A stretch of DNA of 64,000 nucleotides from Octopus bimaculoides (Eukaryota). The notes under the pieces were generated by a model. The model was not told the origin of the DNA and did not search any database. It saw only the letters and a list, made by a program, of their open reading frames with translations. The DNA lies in the NCBI RefSeq assembly GCF_001194135.2, contig NC_068992.1:44616268-44680267 (forward strand). Reading direction: 5' to 3'. How positions within the stretch are numbered: the first letter of the stretch is position 1; each line of letters begins with the position of its first letter. Positions 51,835-64,000 of the stretch are shown here, piece by piece. The translations under genes were made by a program, and so were the position numbers.

Positions 51835-52293
51835 CCTAAATAGTCAAGACTATTTAGGCATTTTATCTGATCAAATTCATCCTATAGTTGCGGAACTGTT
51901 TCCGGGGGGAAATGCAATCTTTCAGGATGATAATGAACCAATTCACACAGCTAAAGTTGTTACTGAATGGCACAAGGAACATTCTAGCGAAGTTGAACAT
52001 CTAATCTGGCCACCACAGTCCCCAAGATCTCAATATTATCGAACATTTATGGTGCACTTGAGAAAAACAAGTAAGGAGCCGATATCTTCCACCATCATCA
52101 CTACAAGAACTGGAGACTGTTTTAGCTGAAGAATGGACAAAACTTCCTTTGGAAACAAACAATTCAAACTTTGTAGGAATCCATATCTCATAGAATTGAA
52201 GCTGTTATTACTACCAAAGGCGGTCCTACCCCATATTAAAATAAATTTGTTTAAAATTTGAAGCTGTTTCCATTATTTTGTCCAACTCCTGTG
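51835..52293 (+). mobile_element. Tc1-like DNA transposon, 3' half with right TIR
   Basis: Translation NAIFQDDNEPIHTAK...WPPQSP(DL)NIIEHLW shows the Tc1 second Asp and Glu motifs, with a frameshift. It ends tgtttccattattttgtccaactcctgtg followed by TA. Confidence 0.92.
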
Positions 52294-52445
52294 TATATGT
52301 AGACATTTACATTGTTACATTGTTACACATATAAATATATGCATAGAATCATAGGCAGTCACAGACTGACACACATGCATATACATACATACATACATAC
52401 ATTCATGCTTGATAAATGGATATATATTATATTATATGTATATAT

Positions 52446-52787
52446 NNNNNNNNNNNNNNNNNNNNNNNNNNNNNNNNNNNNNNNNNNNNNNNNNNNNNNN
52501 NNNNNNNNNNNNNNNNNNNNNNNNNNNNNNNNNNNNNNNNNNNNNNNNNNNNNNNNNNNNNNNNNNNNNNNNNNNNNNNNNNNNNNNNNNNNNNNNNNNN
52601 NNNNNNNNNNNNNNNNNNNNNNNNNNNNNNNNNNNNNNNNNNNNNNNNNNNNNNNNNNNNNNNNNNNNNNNNNNNNNNNNNNNNNNNNNNNNNNNNNNNN
52701 NNNNNNNNNNNNNNNNNNNNNNNNNNNNNNNNNNNNNNNNNNNNNNNNNNNNNNNNNNNNNNNNNNNNNNNNNNNNNNNNNNNNNNN
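52446..52787. other. Assembly gap (N)
   Basis: Run of N with (TA)n on the left side. Confidence 1.
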
Positions 52788-53016
52788 ATACACAGAATAA
52801 TCCAAATATTATTGTGGAGCTAAGAGAAAAAAAGACAATATTTAATGGATATTTAATGACTAGTCGCTAAAGTCTTGAAAATGTAAGTAGAAAGTTGGAC
52901 ATAAATGCACAAATGCATTTTCTCTGGGGTTTTTTCTCTATCTTTCTCTTTTCCATTCATATGTACTAATTTTATGTATAACGCCTTTTCACGTACATAC
53001 ACAAAAATGCGTAATA

Positions 53017-53058
<42 letters not shown>

Positions 53059-55321
53059 AATATATATGTATACACACACACACACACACACACACATATG
53101 GTTAGATAGATAGATATATAAATAGATACACACATACATATGTATATATGCTTGTATATAATTCGTAATATAACAGAATGCACACATATACACATGTAAG
53201 TATATAAAAATGTGCTTTTATTTCCTATATATGTAGGTATGAATGAATGTGTATATGTATATATACATGTGTCTAAATAGGTATGTATGCATATATCATA
53301 CACTTTATTATTTTTGCTCACTAGTAATTCTTCCATTGATTTATTTAATTCTATATAACATTAACAGTGGAATGTTTATTTCTTCCGGTTTGTTTCAATT
53401 ACACCTTTACTGTATAATCATGTCTCGCTAAGAAGCTACTTACTTTACGCATACTATAATACCATGGATGAGTCTTTTTTTCCCGTTAAATCTATTGTGA
53501 TTTCCTTGCAAAATTTTGCACATTAAGATCAAACAAAAACAGAAAAATTTGCAAGCACATATAAAATTTTCAAACACATGTATTTGAAATTGCTGATTTT
53601 ATTTTATTGATTTATAGAAGTAAATTATAGTATTCTCTGTTATTTATAATTTTCTTATGTTTCCCCATTAATTCTTAATATTTGTATTAGAAGCTCATCT
53701 TCAACACTAACAACGATATACGATATTATCGAATAATGATGTTGTTTAGTTTGTTAAGCAGACTTCGGTTACAAGATAATTGGATGGTTGTTTACATACA
53801 TATATGCTAAACTACCAAATCGATGGTACATATGTGCGTTTTAGTTTCTAGATCGATACGGATGAAAATGTAAAATGTTTAAATCTATTTATTTATTTTT
53901 ATATATGATCCGTTTGTCTGTTGATTGATTATATTTCCAATATTGCATATCTCTGTGTTTTTGGCGATGGTCAAATTCGAGAAATAGTGAGGGGATGGCC
54001 GAGTGTATAACGTTTCAGCTTCGCTGCTTTATAGATTATATATTCACATTAGCTACATATGTTTCTTTCTGATGAAAACTGCACATTTTATTTTACATTA
54101 CCTCAGTTGATGTGAGATGTGTTATTTGTTTCACGGTAGACTTAATCTGTCACCTGGTTGATATCAATAGAGAGCCACTGGTTGTTCCTAGAGGTGTTCA
54201 CTCAAAAGCAAGCATCCGATTTGAGGAAAAATACTTCAATCACAAATTATTCTACACGACAAGGCAACAATCTACGAGATTGTGTAATATATGCAGAAGT
54301 CATGTCTCATTTCATGGTTTTTCTTTATTGCATACAATTTCTTACGAAACTATGAAGTAAATCGCTTTTATTAAATTCTAATATCCGCGAATCGTCTTGT
54401 TAGCTATATTTCCCCAAACTTCAGTGTTCAGTGTTGAGCTTAAGGTAGAGATAATTCTCTATACGTTGAAAATAGATCTGCAAATTTTGAAGCAAAAGAT
54501 TGAGTTCAACAAGTGCAGGAATTTGAGAATGGAATGTAACTGAAACACGAAACAAAAGTATGACCGAAAATAGCGGCAGATTATAACTGAAATAGTTTCA
54601 ATTATAATCCACTTCTAGTTTGGTTCAAATGTATTATAGCCTCTACCGAGCTTCTAACGTTGCAAGTATTAAGTATTATAAACCCAGAATTCACTCACTT
54701 GCCGCGAGGTAAATGGGAGATGAGATTAACATTCATTATTATGTTTTAGATTTAAAATCATTCTTCTTTCTAATGCATTTAAAAAGAATTCTTATATATT
54801 AATATCCAGAATTTATTTAATAATCATCATTTGAATATGAATTCTGTAAACGTTAGTGTTAGCTGGTAATCCATCCAATTATCACACCCGATGAGAATTC
54901 ACTTCAGACATTTTGAAAATGTTAATTTCCATTTTATTAAATAGCCTTTAAACTTGAAGCATTATCGGAACCCAGTGGCCGTTTCGATGTAGAGAAATAA
55001 TATGGAGGCTCTAAAATCTTACTTGATTCCTTGTAACTGCTGGACCACTTAAAACATCTAGTGAAAGGATGGTCGTACTACAACGTCGATCATGATTCCC
55101 TACCGTTGTTCTGATGTGTTTGTTCGTGCATGTGTAAGTATTAAAGTGTATTTAAGATGATACGTATCTATACATAACATCTGATTTTATAGACGTATGC
55201 AGTCTATTACTTCTAAAATTTCGATATCAATATAGTTTAAGTCTAACAGAAATATATGTAAATATCTCATACTCACACATTCTTACAAACAATAATGCAA
55301 TCACATATGTTGTTAGATTTG

Positions 55322-55322
55322 T

Positions 55323-55417
<95 letters not shown>
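55322..55417 (+). repeat. (CA)n microsatellite
   Basis: Directly visible. Confidence 0.98.
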
Positions 55418-55418
<1 letters not shown>

Positions 55419-55627
55419 CCACAGACATAGACACACATACATACGTACGGACAGAACAGATATATTCATATGCGTATGTATCCATATTTACTAATCCGAC
55501 ACAATGCTGTTCTGTGAATCTTCAATTATTATAGTAAAACCATTAGTTCGGAAAGTAAGAATTATTAGTATTATCATAATATACTTGTGAATGTAATGTC
55601 TGCTCTAAACAGAGATTAGCTGCTTAC

Positions 55628-55663
55628 CCGTAGCGAAACACAATCTCGAATGACAGAATATCT
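55628..55663 (-). CDS. Candidate 36-nt internal exon
   Basis: Minus-strand acceptor tttattgttttgctatccctag and donor CGG|gtaagc. The length is a multiple of 3 and all three frames are open. Confidence 0.22.
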
Positions 55664-56243
55664 CTAGGGATAGCAAAACAATAAAATGCTATTAGTCATT
55701 ATATTGGGTAGAGTGACCTATTTGTACTGATCAACATTGTACAGGCTCAACCCGCAAAGCAGAATATTATGGTGTGGTGTGGGAACATACAACTTGAAAT
55801 ACATTAAAGAATATTAATAACGGGAGATTATCTGTAAAATGCAATGATAGATAAGTATATCGGAAAAGATTTGCATGAATATTTTATTTGGTTCTATTAC
55901 TTGAGTATTTTCCTTAGACTGTCGATCTTAAAAGTGTTAAGCCTGCACCAATCACATGTAAAGTGGAATAAGATTTATGAAAATTAGAAATACTAAGAAT
56001 AACGAAGTAGGAGTAACTATTTTTGTTGTTGTAACCGTAGGGCAGCACTAATCAAGTAGACCCATGATTCAGAGATTTTACGTCAATGATCATCTCATCT
56101 TGTTCCAGATGTAATGTACCTAGGATACCATTGTAGAATATTTCCTTCCGTTGTGAAAATGGTATATGATATCGAAGTGATTTGACTGTTGGTTCTTTCA
56201 TCTCCGGCTGCACCGTACAGGCTATCTCCGGCCATAGTAACGC

Positions 56244-56545
56244 ATTGGCAGGCGCTAGCGTAACGAAAACAGCCGAATTATTTGGTGTATCAAGAAGTAC
56301 TGTCTCGAAAGTAATGACAGCCTTTGCGAAGAAGGAAAAAAATCTCCTCGTCGAAACAAATTCATCGGCCCAATGGTTTCCCTTCATGGCAGAATTAATA
56401 GCCATGACTACTTAGGCATTTTATCTCATCAAATTCATCCTGTAGTTGCGGAACTGTTTCCGGAGGAGAACGCAATCTTTCAGGATGATAATGCACCAAT
56501 TTACACAGCTAAATTTGTTACTGAATAACACGATCTTGGCCACCA
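56244..56545 (+). mobile_element. Tc1-like transposon, internally deleted copy of the same family as 51835-52293
   Basis: The N-terminal HTH segment LAGASVTKTAELFGVSRSTVSKVMTAF is joined directly to GPMVSLHGRINSHDYLGIL...AIFQDDNAPIYTAK. About 130 nt is shared with the 51.8-kb copy. Confidence 0.9.
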
Positions 56546-59024
56546 GATCTTAAGTCTGAAAAGAAGCAGGTGTCGAAAACAGGCATTAAATGTAACAGAC
56601 TGGACTACAATACACCAATAGTTTAAAAGTATTGTATATATTAAATGGAAAATTTTGTTGAAGCACTGGTGTAACCATGATTTTCTAATGATCCTATGAG
56701 CTAGCTTTCTTTATCTAGATGACTTGTAAATATACAATTGGATTGTACAATGTGTGACATGCATATTAGTGTAAACATGTAAGTAAAGCGGGGTACTATG
56801 ACCTCTTGACTGAAACAGCTGTAAGAAACTATTCTACTCTCTATGTTCCACGTTATATACTTTAATAATTATTGGTATTTTTTATATATGTAAAGCATAA
56901 TATGTTATACGTCTATGTATATTGTTATAATTGTTTTTTTTTTTTAATAAATAGACATAATATAATGTCTAAAAGTTGATGAATATCACCTCTTGATCGC
57001 CTCCATTTTCTTATTGCCGTATAAATTAAGGGTAAAACAACTTTTTACCCTCACCCTTTTATTACATTCATTAGTGTAATTGCCATACATGTAAAATAAT
57101 TTATCATACAGTAATAGATATAGACAAGTCTCCTCCTAATAGCCAGTCTCTGATAGTTGGTATTTGCTCTCCTCTTTAAGTTCAAGAGAGAATTCTTTAA
57201 AATGACCGTAAATTATGAGCGGATTTCGATTTTTATTAAACTTACTATGGAGTCGACATTGCTGAAGTGGCTCACCAACTAGACGAGGGACGTTCTTGTT
57301 TTCATTAAAGCTTGTTGTTGTTAGTGTACAGGGTGTCATCCGATCTTCCTATTAATATATTCATATGGATATATGAATCATTTGAACTTATAGACATGTG
57401 CTAATATGTGTTTATTAGATTTGCAGTGACTAGCCATGTCTACAAAATGAGAATTACATTATTGAATAAGATACATGAATTACTATGATTCATAAAATCT
57501 AAATGTAATATTGTTTTCGATTATTCCTTCACAACTCTGCCATCATGCTTCTTGCATCATTGATCAAATTCGATTAATATGTCGACTGCTGAAGCAGTGA
57601 CAGAAATCAGCTCAAAGTCAAACAGTTGTCTTCAATCTTTCCGGAGTGAAAGTAATAAAATGAATGTTCCTTTCTATTATTTATCATGATACTATCATTA
57701 AGTGATACTTTCACACTGTGTATGTAGAACAAAAACTCCCTCTACTAAAGTTCGCTGATGTTTCTACTGATTATTATCACCAACTCACTGATACATGAAC
57801 TATAAACATATACACAGGTTGGTATATGAAAAATTATGCTACATTCAGTGTCGAAGGTTCTATAGAGCCTCTTCATCTGCAGAAGATAGCAGTCAGAAAT
57901 CTCTCACATCATATCGCACCGTCTTAGATAACAGCGTGGTTTTAAATACACTAAACTGGAAAAGCATGGTAATTCCATGACTTGAATAATTTTCATCATT
58001 TTTTGCAGAATTAGAGGTAACTTAGGATTAACTAATTATACACACACATGTTATTTAAATATAAATTCTAAAATAAAAAAAAAAATTGACATATCGTGGA
58101 GTTATTGTGTGGGGAGATAGAGAAATACTTTGTGCTACAAATAATACCGAAGAAATGTGGAACATATTCTAATAAACTCTTCAAATGATTGAAACAAGTA
58201 AAAAAAAATAAAAGATAAACTGATAAAATATAATATATATAATACAGATGCATCATATATTACGTATATTATCTAGAAACAATATGTGTCTGTCCTTGTG
58301 TGTTTTGCACTTGCGTACGTGCGTGTGTATGTGTGTGTGTGTGTGTGTGTGTTTGTGTGTGTGTGCGTGTGTGCGTGCGTGCGGGCGCGTTTGTGGGTTT
58401 CTTCACAGCCTTCTTTGATATATATTCTGATAAAATCTAGTGCTGTATGAAGTAATATCTAAGGGAAAATTATATCTAGTCTATTTCTTATCTTTTGACA
58501 TCCAGTTTTTTGAAAGCAAACTATCATTAATAAATTTCGCTAGAGGTTAAGAAAATGTCGACTTTATAAACATTAAAAAAAAAATTACAAACTTTTTCAA
58601 ATAAAAACTTTAATTAATGATGGTTGACAATCCTTCAAACGTTTGAAAATATTGTTTCCATAACGAAAACCGCTTTACCGTATAAATTAACTTTTCGTTG
58701 TATTTTCTTTTTATGTAAAAGCTTTTTAAAAAGACAAATTGTGAAGATTAAGGTGAATTTTATTTTAAAGAGAAACCTTTTTAATAGTTCCAAATTATTT
58801 TTTAAAGTAGAGAAAGCTCACAATATATTTTGTTTAACATCTGATCACTACAGCTGGTCTCATGCATCAAATTTAAAGTAAACTTAATGCATTATTAACA
58901 TAGATAAATTAATACTATATCATTTACAACTAGTCTCATGCACTACGAAAGTACAGTTGGTCTAAAATTTTGCCAATGCTAAAGGAGCAATGTACAGTTA
59001 CCTATAAATAGAAAGTAAATTCCA

Positions 59025-59165
59025 CATCTTAACTATTGTGCATCTTAACAATGAACATCTAGTTCAGCACCTTCAATCTAAGCAGCTGGTTCTGTGCAGT
59101 AACTCTGAACAGGTGGCTTAATGCCTTAAGAATAAACAGCTACTTCAGCACCTTAACAAAAGGTC
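59025..59165 (+). repeat. Degenerate 27-bp tandem repeat, about 5 units (consensus about caccttaacaatgaacagctggttcag)
   Basis: Units start at 59041, 59068, 59095, 59122 and 59149 with exact 27-nt spacing. Confidence 0.75.
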
Positions 59166-60159
59166 ACACAATGTCCATTACTGTATTTTGATTCTAGTAA
59201 ATAAAATTTTCTGATGATGTTTAATTCAGTGTTATTCCTTTTAATGAGTTCCGTACTTCGTTCCAGTATAGAAGGCAATTATACTTTTCCTATTAATATA
59301 GTTCACAAAAGTATTATGTATAGTGATATAACAGAATACATCCAAAATAAAATGGCCGAAAATTACATCAACTTACACAGCACTCGTTGAAATTTTAATA
59401 TCATCTATTACGTAATCCAATATATTAATTTCAACTTATAAATAATAGAGATAATTTATTTCAGCAAGAAATACAAAATATTAACTGAGAATTATAATCT
59501 AAATATCAAATGTAATATTGCTAATTAATTATATTAAAAGGATGTTTGCTTTAAATTTTAAACCAATAATTTACACTACATACTTAAATAGACTTTCATT
59601 TTAGGAGTTTTCGGGACGGTTATTGAAAATATCAATTTATAACATTGCTAATAACAATATATTAAACTGTATATTAAATGCAAAACTCATAAATAATAGG
59701 AAAATATTATTTAGGTTTATTATTACGGAAATTTATTTAAATTAAATTTATATCATAGACAGCTGATTTGTTTCAAGAAACTGAAGAACCGGGTTTTCGT
59801 TTCTTGTCATTGGCACTACACTGTGACCAAGGCCTATACAGCTAAAAATAACTAACAGTGTAGCAAAGCTGATATATATATATGTGTGTGTAGTAAAGCA
59901 AAACGACGAATAACTTTTGAAACTAATTTTCTCAGTTTATGAAATATATGGAAATTCATTGATCTTGTTGGAAGCTTATAAAAATATGTTAAAAAGAACC
60001 TAAAATATTCCTCTCAATATATGAACGATAGCATGATCCTCCAATTAAAAATGCTCATTTCAGAATCGGATTGTTACCATAGCCTCTGGTAGACAAATGA
60101 CCAGTTCTTTCCGAACGGAATTTTTGAAATGGAAAATGCGCGCGCGCACAAATACACAG

Positions 60160-60174
60160 ATGCATATATACATA

Positions 60175-60243
<69 letters not shown>
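60160..60243 (+). repeat. (TACA)n(TA)n microsatellite
   Basis: Directly visible. Confidence 0.97.
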
Positions 60244-60248
<5 letters not shown>

Positions 60249-62399
60249 CACACTCATGGATATATTTCTATTGGTGCGTATACGTACATGTTTGTCAGTA
60301 TGTACGTTTGTATATATACTAAGTTATATGCATATCTAAGTGAGGATATTAATGTGTGTGTAAAAATATACAAATAGAAATGTCTATATTTGTATATTTT
60401 CATACACACGTTCACATGCACACACACACACACACACACATGTCTCTACATGCCAGTTGATTACGTCTTCTACCTTATGCATTCATCTGGATGTAACAGT
60501 AACGTCATGCCGTTCTGTGCCTGCATTTGTCTACAATAATGCAATAGAAATTAAAGTAGCCACGCTAGAAAAGGCTGATGGAGACCTAACATGTTAATTA
60601 TATTAACATAATCTTTTAGTTCCAGCCATTCCAAAACACTCAGCAACAAATTACATATTAGAAATCAAATAACATTATGACTAGTTCAATCTCATTCTGC
60701 CCAGAAAGCTTTTAAAATAAAAATTAACATTTTCCATTTTTTCTCTTTTCCTCAGAAGTATGATGCACGTAAGACAAAATTTGCACAGTGTCCAACTGTT
60801 TAGAAAAAAAATTAAGATCAAATCTAAATGATTTGTAACTCTTTTAAATAGAAACATCCTAAATAATTTTGTTAAAAACTTCGAGAAACTTCGAACATTA
60901 TCAAAAAGAGAAACAAAATTATCATTTATAGAAATAAGCTCTTCAGTTTTTCGCAGTAATGTTGCTCTTCTACTCTAAAATTGTTTATATTTAATATAAA
61001 TGTAAATTTTTAAAACATTAAATTTCTTCCAGGATTTAATAGTCATATATCTTTGTATAATTGTGTAATTAAGACGGAAAATCAATATATAATCAATAAA
61101 ACATTTTAGAATCCATAAATATTTGGAAGTTTTGTTAATTAGTTATATCAATTAAAAGATTATTGATTTAAATTGCCTGACATCTCTTGCTAAATTTACA
61201 CATAAAGATATTTTGAAATTTTTATATTTACATACGATAAAAACGCTAACGTTTTTAAATTTAATCACGAATATGTAGAAAGCACACGGATCAATAAAAC
61301 AATTAGGCGATTTGAATTATAGAGACGTGTAAATAAGCTGGTCATTTGTTTTTTCTTAGTTAAAGAATTTATTTCTTTTGGAGGGGTGAGAGCTTTGCAA
61401 TCAAAACATGACACAAATTTGTTTTTCGTTTTTGAAATATACTGATTGAAAACTTACTAATTACCAATATACTAATCAAAAATTGGTAAAATAGATTGTA
61501 AGAAGATCAGAAATCTGTTTTGTAATTAGATGACATAAAAATATTTGTCAATTTCCTAACGCTTTTGGGTAAACATTACATGAGGTGAGATTTAAGTCTT
61601 AAGTCTTACTATAATAAAGATAACAAATAGAGATACATATCACAGAAGGAAAAACTGGAATATGCAGGACAAGAGGAAACTCATGGGACAGAGAATCGAT
61701 GATAAGATCACAGAATGTGTGAGGAAAGAACATTGATAGACGTATAAAAAAAAACGAATCAAATCAAACGTGAAGATCAAATAAATAACGCGTATGTTCA
61801 ATTGACAGAATATGACAATTCCTAAGTACAACAATCTGTTACATTATACGTTTTCACCTCAAGAATCTTTCAAGATAAAGACATAAACGTATACATACAG
61901 AATATATGACGGGTTCAGTACCATCAGTAATATAAACGACACTTTTGCCGTAGAAAAGCTTTAAAATGTTTCCAGGGTCTAAATGTTTGACGTTTCTGGA
62001 TGAATGTCCTCTCAGTACTACCTGAAATGTTCAGATGTGTAAAAAGAATATCCTAAAGTGAGACAACTTTTTTATTATGTTGTTAGGTTAAAATACTTTC
62101 AGTTAAAAATTATCTTCTTAGGTTTTGAGGGTGTCCAAATACAGGCGGTATTTGGAAATTTTACCATTAAAAGTGGAAGAAAGTGAAAGAAATACTATCA
62201 AATAAAAATAGAAAACATGAAAAAAAAAATTAAATTAAATTTTAAAACGAATGAAAATGAATGAGGAACATTATAAGGTTCCTAATGGAAATATGTAAGA
62301 GAATCAGTAGAGAAAGAAATCTAAAGCCAATATCCATATATAATTCAAGAGATAAGTTTTTATAAATACTAAATTAAAACTTTGCATAGCTCACTCATA

Positions 62400-62404
62400 T
62401 CTAC

Positions 62405-62470
<66 letters not shown>
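62400..62470 (+). repeat. (CTAT)n microsatellite
   Basis: Directly visible. Confidence 0.98.
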
Positions 62471-62471
<1 letters not shown>

Positions 62472-63163
62472 GGTAGATATACATATATGTATATATACAT
62501 ACATTTGTACATATTTGCATATATACATACATGAGTGCGTGTGCGTATTGATAGGAAAATGAGAAAACTCTGAAGGCAAAATACAAAACACGAAAACATG
62601 AAATATATCATGTATGATGTTGTAAATGAGTGTCAAAGAAATATTGATATTCTTCGAATTTGTCTATTAAATATTTATTAAAATAATGTATTCAGAAAGA
62701 TAACATGTCTTTTCTTTTTCTTTATTCATAATAAATTGATAATTGAATCATGAAGAAAAATGAAGTATTTTGTGATACCATGATATATATATATATATTC
62801 AGAGGTAACGTCATGCGGTAAAGGAAGTATATTGTGATATAATGCCATAATATATGAGGTTGGTGCAACAGGGTGTGTTATAAACGCTTGTGCAGATAAC
62901 TGCTCCTAGAAATTATTATTGTTACATGGTAGATACGGCTGCCTCTAATATTCCGCACTTGAATTTTCACATATGCTTGTATTTCTACATACTCACTATA
63001 ATGCTGGTTACTTTATTTAGAATTAAGTTAAGTCACTGGTGATTTTTCGCTTTTCTTTGCAAAAAAATATTTTCTGACCATCTAATAATTATGGTATCTT
63101 TCAATAATAAAAATAAATTCATCTTCCCTTATTTCCTAATTCTGTATGCGTGTATGTGTGAAG

Positions 63164-63278
<115 letters not shown>

Positions 63279-64000
63279 CAAACCTATCTATATAAACACA
63301 CGCAAACACATGTATACATACATATATCTATGTTTGTGTGTCTGTGCGTATATGTATATTTTTACTCACATTTATATGCACATGCACAAGCACACAGACA
63401 CACCACACACACATCTCTATGTGAATGTGGGTACGAGAATGTATAGTTTCCCTTTCGATAACCAATGCTTAAGTCCGGTCTTTTAATGTAAGGAAATGGA
63501 AGAAAACAGGCGACATAACAGTCACATAAGGGTAAACAATGAGAAACATATGGCTGCACAGTTACGAGGCATGTCTGAGAGATACATCATAAGAAGACAA
63601 TAGGGAATAACTAAACTCTAATCATTTCTATCACTGTGAAAAGTTTAACTATGTTGTTTTAAATTTAACGAATTTGTCATATTGTTTTTATGTGTGTCTC
63701 TGTTTACGATATTATATTCTCATAAACCACATAATATTTCACTCCAGTGTAAAATGTTTAGTATTATAACTTGTATAATTATGCATTACAAGTTTTATTA
63801 AAAAGGTATGGCTATTGTAAAGCAATATAATTTCTAACCATAAAAGTAATGTATTGGAAAATATTGCGAAACGCAGCGCACGTGGTACTTACAAACATAT
63901 ATTTACATACAAAGACACATCCGCACAGATATATATATGTGTGTGTGTGTGAGTGTGTGTGAGTAAATATGTATGCATATAGTATATATATATATATATA

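Noticed and set aside
57849-57968. 120-nt plus-strand exon-like segment (CRRFYRASSSAEDSSQK...)
   Set aside because: Poor pyrimidine tract, a moderate donor and no recognisable homology.
61922-62021. 100-nt minus-strand exon-like segment (VVLRGHSSRNVKHLDPGNILKLFYGKSVVYITD)
   Set aside because: The acceptor is acceptable but the donor (gtactg) is weak and there is no other support.
62855-62870. aggttggtgcaa resembles a mariner TIR start
   Set aside because: A 12-nt match with no partner TIR or transposase sequence nearby.

Overview
Eukaryotic, AT-rich, microsatellite-dense draft-assembly sequence with 12 N-gaps (about 2,560 N in total). The SINE families and the microsatellite style resemble octopus (coleoid cephalopod) genomic DNA; this is an inference from recalled repeat consensus sequences, not a database result. 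I could not confidently identify any protein-coding gene, rRNA, tRNA or CRISPR feature. Most long ORFs in the track are microsatellite or gap artefacts. Well-supported content: a decayed RTE-clade LINE reverse-transcriptase fragment (29.6-30.5 kb, minus), an RTE-type 3' end with two C2H2-like zinc-finger motifs (44.8-45.3 kb), two fragments of one Tc1-like transposon family (51.8-52.3 kb and 56.2-56.5 kb), about 15 SINE or SINE-like copies of 3-4 families, and many simple repeats. The leads most worth checking are a 35/36-bp inverted repeat at 46.7 kb, a candidate terminal exon encoding a 7-Cys defensin/toxin-like peptide at 1.84-1.94 kb, a non-repetitive 185-aa ORF at 9.5-10.1 kb, a degenerate in-frame 27-bp repeat at 59.0 kb, and several well-bounded minus-strand exon or microexon candidates. 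I found no evidence strong enough to claim a new biological system.
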